Shown piece after piece: positions 55,123 to 64,000 of a stretch of 64,000 bases of DNA. The DNA lies in IMG/VR virus record IMGVR_UViG_3300032829_000008, positions 2,579-66,578 of that record. One strand, written 5' to 3'. The notes beneath the pieces were generated by a model. That model did not search any database, was not told the origin of the DNA, and worked only from the letters and a program-made list of their open reading frames with translations. Within the stretch, counting starts at the first letter, position 1; every line of letters starts with the position of its first letter. Both the position numbers and the translations under genes were made by a program. The DNA is from a virus.

Positions 55123-55250
55123 AATTTGTGATCCTACTTGCCCTTGTGCTAGGGTGCGGTCACCGCGGTGGTGGCACGTGCCCACAAGCGGTGGGTGTCA
55201 GCCACGGCCAATCGCCCTGCCAGGAGAATCCCAATGAGCGAAAACGGTAG
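55119..55250 (+). CDS. Small lipoprotein
   Basis: MKFVILLALVLGC lipobox. Confidence 0.45.
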   Translation: MKFVILLALVLGCGHRGGGTCPQAVGVSHGQSPCQENPNERKR

Positions 55251-55416
55251 CCCCCGCATCGAGCTGCACTTCGAGGAAGACACTACGGCGCAGCACGCGC
55301 TGAAGTGCGATCCCACCCGGGACATGGCGACCTGCCTCAAGTGCGGGAAGGCGTACACCATGATGGCGGTGTACGCTCGAGTTCTTCCTCCGTGCCCCGG
55401 CAAGGTGGCCGCGTGA
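55234..55416 (+). CDS. Small Cys-containing protein
   Basis: RBS AGGAG; CLKCG. Confidence 0.4.
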   Translation: MSENGSPRIELHFEEDTTAQHALKCDPTRDMATCLKCGKAYTMMAVYARVLPPCPGKVAA

Positions 55417-55574
55417 GGCGCGCCAAGCCGTTCGGCGTCGAGTGCCCCGCGTGCGGGGCACGCAAGGACAAGTTCTGCGAATTCTTTTATTCCGGTGACA
55501 TGCTCGTGGTGGACGAGCTGAGGCAGGCGTACCACCACCAGCAGCGCATCGACAAGGCGCAGAGGGAACTGTGA
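55413..55574 (+). CDS. Small Zn-finger-like protein
   Basis: CPACGA....C...H..R. Confidence 0.4.
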   Translation: MRRAKPFGVECPACGARKDKFCEFFYSGDMLVVDELRQAYHHQQRIDKAQREL

Positions 55575-56020
55575 GCACGCCTGGCCTTCGCCCCGATGGC
55601 CGCCCGATGGATCGGGTGGACCGCGAGCAACTCACCGTGGAGAAGAAGCTGGAGCTGCTGGCCCACGAGGCGCAGCAGCAGTATGGCTACGATCCGCGCG
55701 GTGGTGCGTGTTGCTTCGTCGGTCGGCCGCGCGTGCTGCTGCAGCTGCTGGTGGACGCTCCGGACGGACTGATCCGGTTGGAGCGCCCAGTCATCATCGG
55801 TACCACGGACGCTGACGTGGTGGGACGCTGGCGCGAGGTCAGCTGCCGCATCCGCACTAGCACGGTCGGCAACAACCTGGTGTGCATTCCGCTGGCCCAG
55901 CTGCCTCCCAGTAACCACTGGGATCGTCGCCTGGCCGGCGCGCTGCGGGTGGAGGCCTGGAAGGCCATCAACGCCAACCGCAAACTGACTGTGGACGACG
56001 CGACACTGGTTCTTCCCTAG
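55571..56020 (+). CDS. Hypothetical protein
   Basis: GTGA overlap. Confidence 0.45.
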   Translation: MSTPGLRPDGRPMDRVDREQLTVEKKLELLAHEAQQQYGYDPRGGACCFVGRPRVLLQLLVDAPDGLIRLERPVIIGTTDADVVGRWREVSCRIRTSTVGNNLVCIPLAQLPPSNHWDRRLAGALRVEAWKAINANRKLTVDDATLVLP

Positions 56021-56061
56021 CCCCTGCTAGGGTGACACATCCACACAAGGAGACAGAGGCA

Positions 56062-56811
56062 ATGAGGAAGAAGATCGCATTTTTGATGACACTGGCACTC
56101 GTGACGACCGCATGCGGACACGCCGAGCAGACCCGCGGAGCGGGCATCAACCTGGGGAAGCAGGCTGCCACCATCACGCTGACGTCAGGCAACAACAACG
56201 ACGTCAAGGTGGCCAACAACCAAGGCATGACGGGCATCGTCCGCATGGTGGCCAACGCCAGTGGCTCCACGCTCACCGGCCTGGACGCTTCCACAGCTGC
56301 GGATGGTGATCTGCTGTGGATCCGCAACGACGCTTCCAGCGGCAACATCACGCTCACTAGCGGCGACAGCAACAGCCTGGCGGCCAACCGGTTCACTACT
56401 CCCGGCAGCGTCAGCCAAGTGGTCGTGCCACACCAGAGCATCATGCTGGAGTACGATGCCACTGCCGGCTGGGTGACTGGTGGTAAGGGCACCGATACCT
56501 TCAACGGCAACCTGGTCGTCGCGAGCACCGGACACATGCTGGCCACCGGCAGCGCGCCCGCCCTCAGCAGCTGCGGAAGCACGCCGTCGCCGACCATCGT
56601 AGGCAGCGACGTCGCTGGCACCGTGACCACGGGTGGTACCGCCACCACGTGCACCATCACGTTTGCCACGACGTACGGCACGGCGCCGAGCTGCATCCTG
56701 CGCCCGCAGGGCACCGCGACTCAGCCGGTGTACACCACCAGTGCCACGGCAATCACCGTGACCACCGACATCGCGCAGACGGTGTACGACTACATCTGCG
56801 TGGGGCACTGA
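56062..56811 (+). CDS. Lipoprotein with tail-fibre-like domains
   Basis: MRKKIAFLMTLALVTTAC lipobox; SLAANRF domain and PALSSCG...GSD.AG...CTITF..TY.TAPSC domain. Confidence 0.6.
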   Translation: MRKKIAFLMTLALVTTACGHAEQTRGAGINLGKQAATITLTSGNNNDVKVANNQGMTGIVRMVANASGSTLTGLDASTAADGDLLWIRNDASSGNITLTSGDSNSLAANRFTTPGSVSQVVVPHQSIMLEYDATAGWVTGGKGTDTFNGNLVVASTGHMLATGSAPALSSCGSTPSPTIVGSDVAGTVTTGGTATTCTITFATTYGTAPSCILRPQGTATQPVYTTSATAITVTTDIAQTVYDYICVGH

Positions 56812-56815
56812 TCTC

Positions 56816-58417
56816 ATGACCGACGCGCCCGTCTTTCAGTACAAGCGGCTCAAGCAGTGCCACCCGCGCGTGGATCTGGGGAGCCTGCGCTGCTTGCACG
56901 CGCTGTACAGGGGCGGGCGCCATCTACTAAAGGACGACGTCGTGATGACGGAGGTGTTCCCACGGCACCTCCACGAGAAGCCGTCCACCTACGACGAGCG
57001 GCGTCGGCGCGCGTTCTACGAGAACCTATTCGCTCTGGTGATCAACCAGATCAGCGCGGGTCTGGCGCAGGACCCCATCCGCTTGGCCGCGCTCAACGAA
57101 GATGAGGCCGGTACGCGGGACGCCTACTGGACGGCACTGCTGGAGAATGCTGCGCCCCCAGGTCCGGAGAGCGAGCAGCGGCCACTGGATCAGGTGGTGC
57201 GCGCCTGGGCCGTGGAGGCGCTGGTGTGCGGCTGGGCGTGGCTGCAATGCGACATGCCCCCACCCGACACGGTCAGCAAGAGTCTGGGTGAGCAGGAGGC
57301 AGCTGGCAGCCTGCGGGCATATCCGTGCTTGTGGCCCACCGACTGCGTGGTGGACTGGTCCGAGCAGAACGGTCACCTTCAGTGGGTGCGCACCTACGAG
57401 TGCAAGATCCCGGACGACGACCCCACCAAGCCCCGCACCACGGAGGTGCGCTGCTGGACGCTGTGGACTGCGGACAAGTGGTACCGCTACGAGGTCACCA
57501 TCGACACCAGTCCGCAGAGCCAGCGCCGCGAGCCGCAGCCAGACGATTTCATCCCACCGGTGGATCAGGGCGACCACAGCTTCGGCGTCGTACCGTGGCT
57601 GAAGTTCGATCTGTGCCGCAACGGCGACACCTACCTGCACGTGGGCGACATGCTGGAGTCGCTGTGCAAGAACTACTTCAATCGCAGCAACGGCGAGTCG
57701 TTCCAGTGGATCGCCACGTACTACCAGCAACTGTATGAGTTCCTGGGGCAGGAGATGCCTGGCATCGACACGCCGGTGCCGGAGAATCAGACCAACCCCA
57801 ATCGCGCCCACGCAGTGCGAGGGCCCAACATCGTCCAAGTGCGCGGCAAGGACGACGACGCGCGGTACGTGGCACCCGACATGACTGGTGCCGAGGTCGG
57901 CCACAAGAGCCTGCAGCAGCAGCGCGACGCTATCATGCGCAGCACCGGCCACATGGCGCTCAGCCAAGACACCAGCGGCGCCATGCTCCGTCGCAGCGCT
58001 GATAGCAAGAAACAGGACAGCATCGCACAGGAGATCCTGCTCGGCGCCATCGGCAAGCGGTTGCTGGCCGCCGCGCAGCACGTCATGGTGATGCTGGCTG
58101 CTGGTCGCCGCAAGAGCGAGGAGGCCCCGCAGCTGCAGGGGTACGAACACTTCAGTATCCAAGACGTGGACAACATGATCCAACAGGTGGTGGAGCTGGA
58201 GCCGGTTGGCATCAAGTCCGCCACCGCGCTGGTGGAAATGCAGTGGCGCCTGCTGCGCACCCTACTTGGTGACGACACGCCGGAGGAGGTCATGACCAGG
58301 GTCCGCAAGGAACTGGAGATGGCCATCACCCAGGAGCAGCTCATGGCACCGCCGCCACCCGCACCACCGAAGTACGGCGAGGAGCCTCCTCCACCACCAG
58401 AGAAGGAGCCAGCATGA
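56816..58417 (+). CDS. Portal protein
   Basis: LY.GG, E....Y..R..RA.YEN, H.FG.VP, S..SK..D; size and position. Confidence 0.85.
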   Translation: MTDAPVFQYKRLKQCHPRVDLGSLRCLHALYRGGRHLLKDDVVMTEVFPRHLHEKPSTYDERRRRAFYENLFALVINQISAGLAQDPIRLAALNEDEAGTRDAYWTALLENAAPPGPESEQRPLDQVVRAWAVEALVCGWAWLQCDMPPPDTVSKSLGEQEAAGSLRAYPCLWPTDCVVDWSEQNGHLQWVRTYECKIPDDDPTKPRTTEVRCWTLWTADKWYRYEVTIDTSPQSQRREPQPDDFIPPVDQGDHSFGVVPWLKFDLCRNGDTYLHVGDMLESLCKNYFNRSNGESFQWIATYYQQLYEFLGQEMPGIDTPVPENQTNPNRAHAVRGPNIVQVRGKDDDARYVAPDMTGAEVGHKSLQQQRDAIMRSTGHMALSQDTSGAMLRRSADSKKQDSIAQEILLGAIGKRLLAAAQHVMVMLAAGRRKSEEAPQLQGYEHFSIQDVDNMIQQVVELEPVGIKSATALVEMQWRLLRTLLGDDTPEEVMTRVRKELEMAITQEQLMAPPPPAPPKYGEEPPPPPEKEPA

Positions 58418-58725
58418 GCTGCCCCCACGGTGCCAACAGTACGCCCGCCACGTGCAGCCAGTGTCTGGGTGTGATCCCACGCAAGGTCGCCATTCAGGAG
58501 ACACCCGATGGGGCCATCCTGACCATCGATGGTCAGCCCACCGGGCTGATGGCCGCCGTGTACAATCGCATGCCTCGCACTTCGCTCAGCGCGGCGTATC
58601 GCGGCAACGCGCCGCAGCCGCCGGACGAGCGCAATGCTCGCCATGATCGGCGTCCCGCCAAGTGCAGCCAGTGCGGCAGCACCAAGCACATGCGCCCCAA
58701 GTGCCCAGGAGCGATGTACAACTGA
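58414..58725 (+). CDS. Hypothetical protein with zinc knuckle
   Basis: CPHG....TCSQC; CSQCGSTKH....C. Confidence 0.5.
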   Translation: MSCPHGANSTPATCSQCLGVIPRKVAIQETPDGAILTIDGQPTGLMAAVYNRMPRTSLSAAYRGNAPQPPDERNARHDRRPAKCSQCGSTKHMRPKCPGAMYN

Positions 58726-58937
58726 TGCGCGATGTGTGGTGCAGCGTGGATGACCTGGAGGATGGCGACATCGTCCTGGGGTACAGCCGCGACGGCGTCT
58801 ACGCCGCGTGGCAGGGTCCACTGCACGTGCGCTACACGATGCTCGGCAAGCGATGGATGGACGATCAGGGACGCGACCAGGGGCGCATCCAAAGAACGCT
58901 GCTCATCGGATGCAGCATGCGGGTATTGCGGCCATGA
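58725..58937 (+). CDS. Hypothetical protein
   Basis: TGATG overlap. Confidence 0.4.
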   Translation: MRDVWCSVDDLEDGDIVLGYSRDGVYAAWQGPLHVRYTMLGKRWMDDQGRDQGRIQRTLLIGCSMRVLRP

Positions 58938-59215
58938 AGCGTCGGGTGACAGTGGAGGTGGTAAATCTGGAGGACACCGTCGCAGGTGTGGCCGCGGTGC
59001 TGCGCTACTACGCCAAGCATCCGGAGCGCTACACCGGTGTCATGGTGATTGCGACGATGCCTGGCGGTGCGTACGAAGTCAAGTACACCGGCACCAGCAA
59101 TGTGGCCGAACGCCTAGGACAACTGGAGCTGCTCAAGGATCAGATGCTGGACGATGCAGAGGAGCACCCTCAGGAGGGCGCGGAATGGTACGCGTACCTA
59201 CGGAGGCATCACTGA
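58934..59215 (+). CDS. Hypothetical protein
   Basis: ERLGQLELLK motif; overlaps. Confidence 0.45.
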   Translation: MKRRVTVEVVNLEDTVAGVAAVLRYYAKHPERYTGVMVIATMPGGAYEVKYTGTSNVAERLGQLELLKDQMLDDAEEHPQEGAEWYAYLRRHH

Positions 59216-59344
59216 TGCATCGGTTCCCGTGGATCTGCCGGTGGCTGGCTGACGCGCACCGCATGGGGAAAGAACTACTCGATTCTAGGCGCGAGCTGAT
59301 GCCCAGCGTGCGCGAATTTTTCTCGATCGACAAGGAGAACAGCG

Positions 59345-59665
59345 ATGAGCAGTGCGACCAAGACCCTGCAGGTGGGTGATACGATCCAGCAGCGCGTGAA
59401 GGTGTACGGCCAGGATCCCAACAACAACCCCAGCCAGGTGGAGGACATTTCCTCTCCACTGGTGCTGAGCGTGGGGAACTCGGCCGTGGTCAGCGCCAGC
59501 GTGGACCCTGGTGACAATCGCCTGGTGGTGCTGCATGGCGTGGGAGCCGGCACCACGGTGGTGGGCGTCGACACCAGCCCACCCATGCCGGCGGGCGGCA
59601 AGCTGACCATCAGCGTGTCGGTGACCGCACCCATGCCTGACGATCGGCACATCGAGCCGCTCTGA
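59345..59665 (+). CDS. Ig-like domain protein (possible head decoration)
   Basis: TLQVGDT, S..N.AV, V.G...GTT...V, ISVSVT. Confidence 0.55.
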   Translation: MSSATKTLQVGDTIQQRVKVYGQDPNNNPSQVEDISSPLVLSVGNSAVVSASVDPGDNRLVVLHGVGAGTTVVGVDTSPPMPAGGKLTISVSVTAPMPDDRHIEPL

Positions 59666-60576
59666 TGTCAGAACTGGGCGACGCAATTCGGGCAAATGCG
59701 CTGGCCGTGCAACGGCTGAGCGAACCCGATTTGCGCGCCATCCTTCCCGTGCTGAGGAGGGCCCGCGACGAGACTGCCGCGGGGCTGGTGGAGTTCTTAC
59801 AGCAGCGCGATGGTGGCGACACGTATACCGTGCACACCCACCGCGCGCTGCTGGCGCAGCTGGAGCCAGCAATCAGGACGATCGAGCACGAGCTGGCACC
59901 AGCGGCGCGGCGCGACGTGACCCGGGACGCGCAGCAGGCCAGCGGGTGGGCCGTCAAACACCTGCGCGCTGTGGCCGAGGCGGGCGAGAAGCATTTCGCG
60001 ATGGCGACACCGCCGCTGCGGTTCGATAGTGCCCTGGTAATCCGCGATGCCAATCATGTGCTGCACACGCGGTTCGCCAGCAGCGCGGCCCGCTACGCCG
60101 GTGCGGCCGGGGCGCGCATGCGCGACACATTGGCAGTCAGCCTGATCCGCGGGGAGACCATCGATCAGATGACTAGGCGGTTGTTGGCCGGGGGTGACGT
60201 GCGGCTGCGCACCCTGCAGCGCCGTGGTTCAGAGGCAGTGGCGGAGGGCGTGGCCGAGCGCCAGTTCTTTCGCAACTACGCCGATGCCGAGCGATTGGCG
60301 CGCACTGAGCTGGTCAACGCGTATGGTGAAATCCAGGTGCAGGGTCTGGAGGCCGCCAACCGCGAGGACCCCGGATGGCTCAAGCGGTGGGACGCGGCCA
60401 ATGATCGCAAGGTGTGCCCCTGGTGCTGGTCGCTCAACAACGTGACCGTCGCACCGGAGGAGCCGTTTCCGGAGGGCGTGGATCATCCACCCCTCCACCC
60501 CTGCTGCCGGTGCGCCGTGGTACCATGGCGCGTGGAGTGGCCAGCGTGGGAGCAGTTCTTCAAGCGAGCCGCCTAG
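59665..60576 (+). CDS. Minor head protein (MuF/SPP1 gp7-like)
   Basis: AERLARTE...AY, K.W.A..D..VC..C..L, PPLHP.CRC. Confidence 0.9.
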   Translation: MSELGDAIRANALAVQRLSEPDLRAILPVLRRARDETAAGLVEFLQQRDGGDTYTVHTHRALLAQLEPAIRTIEHELAPAARRDVTRDAQQASGWAVKHLRAVAEAGEKHFAMATPPLRFDSALVIRDANHVLHTRFASSAARYAGAAGARMRDTLAVSLIRGETIDQMTRRLLAGGDVRLRTLQRRGSEAVAEGVAERQFFRNYADAERLARTELVNAYGEIQVQGLEAANREDPGWLKRWDAANDRKVCPWCWSLNNVTVAPEEPFPEGVDHPPLHPCCRCAVVPWRVEWPAWEQFFKRAA

Positions 60577-60591
60577 ACCAACGGAGGATGT

Positions 60592-61269
60592 ATGGCAGAC
60601 GAAGACGACCCGGAGATCGACGAGAAGTTCACCAAGGCGTTCAACAAGTTGTTCCACGCTGGCATGGCCGAGCGCGACAAGCGCACTGCCAAGCAGATGC
60701 AGAAACTGGTGGAGGATGGTGTCGGCAACGCCATCAAGGGATTGACCGAGCAGCTGCCCGAGCTGCTCAAATCCCACCTGCCACCGCCCCCGGAACAGCC
60801 GAAGCAGCAACCCGGGCAGCTCAGCCCGGAGCTGGAGGCGCGGTTCGCCAAGACCGACAAGGAGCTGAAGGAGGCCCGGGCCGCAGCCGAGAAGTGGAAG
60901 ACTGCGGCCGAGGAGCAGCAGCGCGCTCGTGACCGCAGTGAGGAGCAGCAGTTGCTCCAGCAGCACCTGACGGGCAAGGTGAAGCCGGTGCTGCTGCCGG
61001 TGGCAGTGGCGCAGCTGCACGGCACCAACATCGTCCGCGACAAGGAAAGCGGCAAGGTCGTGTGGAGGGACGATGACGGCGAGTTCCTCCCCCTGGCGGA
61101 TGGCGTGGAGAAGTGGGCCAAGAGCGAGCTGGGCAAGGAGTTCGCGCCTCCGGTCAGCGCGGGTGGCAGTGGTAGCCGCGGTGGCAGCGGCAACAACAAC
61201 ACCGGCAGAAGCGGCAAGATCGAGAACAGCGAGCAGCTGGCCGACATTCTGTTTCCGGGGAAGCTGTGA
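60592..61269 (+). CDS. Capsid scaffolding protein
   Basis: Acidic N-term, coiled coil, GGSG-rich C-term, upstream of capsid. Confidence 0.75.
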   Translation: MADEDDPEIDEKFTKAFNKLFHAGMAERDKRTAKQMQKLVEDGVGNAIKGLTEQLPELLKSHLPPPPEQPKQQPGQLSPELEARFAKTDKELKEARAAAEKWKTAAEEQQRARDRSEEQQLLQQHLTGKVKPVLLPVAVAQLHGTNIVRDKESGKVVWRDDDGEFLPLADGVEKWAKSELGKEFAPPVSAGGSGSRGGSGNNNTGRSGKIENSEQLADILFPGKL

Positions 61270-61556
61270 CGGCCCAGCGCGGTTGGCCGGTGGTGCGTGT
61301 CCACGTGGAGGCCAAGAACGATGGCGTCCACGTGCTCATCGGTCGTGTCAACAGTGATGGCGAGCGCCACGAGACGAGCAGCGTCCACCCGCACATGCAG
61401 GCAGCGCTGCACTACGTGGACGAGCAGAACAAGATCGTCCACATGCGCATCCCGCGAAATACGATTACCTACAACGTGCAGGTGATCGTCAACGGCGTGG
61501 AATGCAAGGATCCGGACCGGTGGCTGAGGGAGATTTGCACTGCGCGTGAAACGTGA
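61266..61556 (+). CDS. Hypothetical protein
   Basis: Overlapping start/stop. Confidence 0.45.
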   Translation: MTAQRGWPVVRVHVEAKNDGVHVLIGRVNSDGERHETSSVHPHMQAALHYVDEQNKIVHMRIPRNTITYNVQVIVNGVECKDPDRWLREICTARET

Positions 61557-61990
61557 TCAGTCTCCTGCTGCTGTACTTGCGATTACAGGCGGCCACCGGC
61601 GCTCCACCCGCGCAGGTGGCCGCCGCTGTATTGGCCGGGGCCGTGTACCGCGTGCCCCCGGATCACCTGCTAGCCATCGCGTGGCACGAGTCCAGGTTTC
61701 AGACCTCCGTGGTCACCGCGGAACCTGGCGGACGAGTCAGCTGCGGCGCGATGACGCCCGTGCCGCACCACCCACCGTGCGCGGCGTGGGAGCTGACGGT
61801 CCCCGGCAGCTACCTGAGCGGGGCAGCACATTGGGCCACCTGGCGGACCATTTGCGGCGGCAGCGAGTGGTGCGCCGACTTGGCCTATGGTGGCGGCAGG
61901 GGCCTGGTGCGGTTCTGCACTGCCGGTGGTCGCCACCGGGGTTGCGATCTTCACGTGCAGTTCCGCCGATTTAGCGCCGCTGCGCGGTAG
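61553..61990 (+). CDS. Lytic transglycosylase (SLT)-like protein with N-terminal hydrophobic segment
   Basis: Y.VP...LLAIAWHESRF (catalytic Glu), SCG.M, GA..W, AY.GG. Confidence 0.6.
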   Translation: MISLLLLYLRLQAATGAPPAQVAAAVLAGAVYRVPPDHLLAIAWHESRFQTSVVTAEPGGRVSCGAMTPVPHHPPCAAWELTVPGSYLSGAAHWATWRTICGGSEWCADLAYGGGRGLVRFCTAGGRHRGCDLHVQFRRFSAAAR

Positions 61991-62135
61991 GCCCTTGCGC
62001 CGCGCGGGGCACCGTGCCACTTATTTACTCAACCACTCCTCTCCCATCTGGAGATCGCCGGCCCGGGGCTAGGGCAGTTCGCAAGCGGCGCCGCGTCAGT
62101 GCGCAGCAGCAACACCTGGCCACATTGGAGCCGCG

Positions 62136-63200
62136 ATGGCTGACAGTAATTTCAGCGCAGTCCAAGGGGCACTCGAGCAGTTCATCCGCGAGCGCATCGT
62201 TCCGCAGTACAACCGCTCGATCGTGACCTCCAACCTCATGCCCAAGATGCCGGGTATGGGTAAGAACCTCGCGTGGGACGTCACGGTCGGCACGGCCACG
62301 GGCCAGGTGTTCGACGACGGGCAGCTCGTCACCACGTTCAACGCCGATACCGAGATCCTCGCGACCCTGCCGTGGGCCGAGTACGGTGACGCGATCAAGA
62401 TCACCGGTCTGGCGGAGGACGCGGCGCAGTTCAGCCGCACCCAGCTCGGTGACTTGTTCCTGCTCAAGCTGACCCAGGCGCGCCAGCGTGCCGGCAAGCT
62501 CGTCAACGACGACTTCTGGGCTGGCGCTGGTACTGCTGGTCCCCAGCTGCTGTTCGGCGTCACACTGGCCGCCAACGGTCCGCTGGGTGGCACCGGCACG
62601 TACGCCAACATCAACCGGGCGCTGTTCCCGCAGTGGGCGGGCATCACGCTCGGCAACGGTGGCATCCCGCGCGCCGTCAACCTCAGCCTCATCGAGTACG
62701 GGCTGGAGCTGGTGTTCAACGCCAGTGGCAAGATCCCCACGTTCGGCATCACCACGTCGAACATCTGGCGCCTGCTGTGCGAGCTGGCTGGTGACAACCG
62801 CCGCGTCAACCAGGACGTCTACATCCGTGGCCAGAAGCTGAACATCAGCCTCGGCTTCCACTCGGTCGAGATCAACGGTATCCCGGTGTTCAAGGACATC
62901 AGCGTGCCGTCGGGCTACCTCGCCTTCTTCAGCGAGGACAGCATCGCGTTCGAGTATCTGCCGACCAGTCCCAACCGCATCGCTCGCGGCAAGATCGCGG
63001 CGCGCGTACCGCTGGCGGGCCTGCCGCAGGAGCAGGACATGACGGGGGCGGTCAACTTCGAGCCGCTCGTCGCCAACCTCATCAACCTGCCGGCCAACGG
63101 CAACTTCGAGGCGTTCCAGTTGGACTGCGCTCTGCAGACCAAGGTGATGCGTCCCAACGCGCACCTGCTCATCAAGGACATCGCGTTCCGCGCGGAGTGA
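62136..63200 (+). CDS. Major capsid protein (HK97 fold)
   Basis: 354 aa after scaffold, strongly biased codons, GF......GIPV..D...P.G, C-terminal RPNAH. Confidence 0.85.
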   Translation: MADSNFSAVQGALEQFIRERIVPQYNRSIVTSNLMPKMPGMGKNLAWDVTVGTATGQVFDDGQLVTTFNADTEILATLPWAEYGDAIKITGLAEDAAQFSRTQLGDLFLLKLTQARQRAGKLVNDDFWAGAGTAGPQLLFGVTLAANGPLGGTGTYANINRALFPQWAGITLGNGGIPRAVNLSLIEYGLELVFNASGKIPTFGITTSNIWRLLCELAGDNRRVNQDVYIRGQKLNISLGFHSVEINGIPVFKDISVPSGYLAFFSEDSIAFEYLPTSPNRIARGKIAARVPLAGLPQEQDMTGAVNFEPLVANLINLPANGNFEAFQLDCALQTKVMRPNAHLLIKDIAFRAE

Positions 63201-63210
63201 GCGAAGGACA

Positions 63211-63236
63211 ACGGGGTGCACTGGAGTGCACCCCGT
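63211..63236 (+). terminator. Stem-loop after capsid gene
   Basis: ACGGGGTGCAC-TGGA-GTGCACCCCGT. Confidence 0.55.
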
Positions 63237-63269
63237 GTATCAACCGCTCACTTTCAACGGGAGGATACC

Positions 63270-63551
63270 ATGGCCGACGACCTATTGGAGATCGACGACG
63301 ACTGCGAGGAGTGCATCAACATCAGCGATGCCCCCGCCAAGTTCCAACTCGACAACCACACCGTGACGCTCAAGCCCAAGCAGAAGGTGCGCGTCCCCAA
63401 GGCGTACACCACCAAGCGCGTGTTCAAGGAGGGCAACGATCCCATGCCCTCCGTCATCGAGCTGGAGACCGGCAAGCGCGTGCTGCCGGTCAGCGACCCC
63501 CGCGCAAAGGGTGCCGTGGCAACCGCGGCAGCGATGGCCAAGGCGAAGTAA
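63270..63551 (+). CDS. Hypothetical head-associated protein
   Basis: RBS GGAGG; follows capsid gene. Confidence 0.55.
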   Translation: MADDLLEIDDDCEECINISDAPAKFQLDNHTVTLKPKQKVRVPKAYTTKRVFKEGNDPMPSVIELETGKRVLPVSDPRAKGAVATAAAMAKAK

Positions 63552-63992
63552 GTGGCGTTCACACCCGCAGAGAAGGCCGCCATCCTCTTCTATCTCGGCT
63601 ACTCGGGGTTCGAGGACGATGGTCCTGCCATGCGGGCGGTGAACTCTCTGGACAGCAAGGAGTCCACCATGGGACCCTTCGTCCGAGATACGCTGGACAA
63701 GCTGCGCGTGATGGACGAAGAGATCTTCGCAACCCGGCCACTGGCCAAGGCCACGCAGGACGGTTCTATCCAGCTTCGCGTCCACTACACCATGGCGCAC
63801 CTGGTCAACATGGCCCGTCAATACGTGACGCGCCTCGCACGCTGGACCAAGATCGCCGTCCAGGGCGACGTGTTCGGTCAGGGTTCCGAGCGCCTCACTG
63901 GCGCCGAGTTCTACAGCGGCGACCCCAGCGAGCATCGCATCAACCCGGACGTGGGGGCACCCACGCTCGGCGATTTCCGCAAGCCCTATTGA
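63552..63992 (+). CDS. Putative head-tail adaptor
   Basis: AFT.AEK..I..YLGY start; position after capsid. Confidence 0.55.
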   Translation: MAFTPAEKAAILFYLGYSGFEDDGPAMRAVNSLDSKESTMGPFVRDTLDKLRVMDEEIFATRPLAKATQDGSIQLRVHYTMAHLVNMARQYVTRLARWTKIAVQGDVFGQGSERLTGAEFYSGDPSEHRINPDVGAPTLGDFRKPY

Positions 63993-64000
63993 TTTGGTGA

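Noticed and set aside
1-64000. Long minus-strand and alternate-frame ORFs in the track (e.g. 18421-20181, 25733-27301, 43215-44714, 53659-55185, 63197-64000)
   Set aside because: Shadow ORFs of GC-rich + strand genes that carry clear family motifs and start/stop coupling; no recognisable domains or RBS
1-64000. CRISPR array, integrase/att site, transposase, reverse transcriptase/DGR
   Set aside because: No regularly spaced repeats or matching motifs seen; the two 175-bp repeats differ at all four bases and are non-coding, unlike a DGR TR/VR pair
1-64000. Stop-codon reassignment
   Set aside because: Conserved genes are intact under the standard code and end in TAA, TAG and TGA

Overview
Nearly complete (circularly permuted) genome of a GC-rich tailed dsDNA phage with a contractile tail. 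Essentially all real genes are on the + strand. Order: tail sheath/tube/chaperone/tape measure/baseplate/fibres (1-16 kb); membrane proteins and a papain-like peptidase (16-18 kb); a YuA/M6-like replication and thymidine-hypermodification module (18.6-41.7 kb: SNF2 and RecD-like helicases, two amino-acid:DNA transferases, P-loop kinase, dUMP hydroxymethylase, HAD nucleotidase, Nmad1, Pol A, dCMP deaminase, MazG-like protein, primase-helicase); an accessory region (42-52 kb); then terminase, portal, MuF, scaffold and capsid (52.8-64 kb). No integrase or CRISPR array was seen. Main unexplained signals: (1) eight sigma54-type (GG-N10-GC) promoters, each with upstream GTWWAC/GTTATC boxes, six with an ATG a fixed 14-15 nt downstream; (2) an orphan lanthipeptide-like RiPP precursor; (3) two diverged copies of a ~175-bp structured non-coding element bracketing the early region; (4) a 65-nt minimal tRNA-like RNA; (5) a hypermodification pathway with two transferases and no recognisable tailoring enzymes; (6) a CheY-like receiver and an Acb1-like 2H phosphoesterase. 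All assignments come from motif recognition by eye; no database searches were run. A Myxococcota-like host is inference only.
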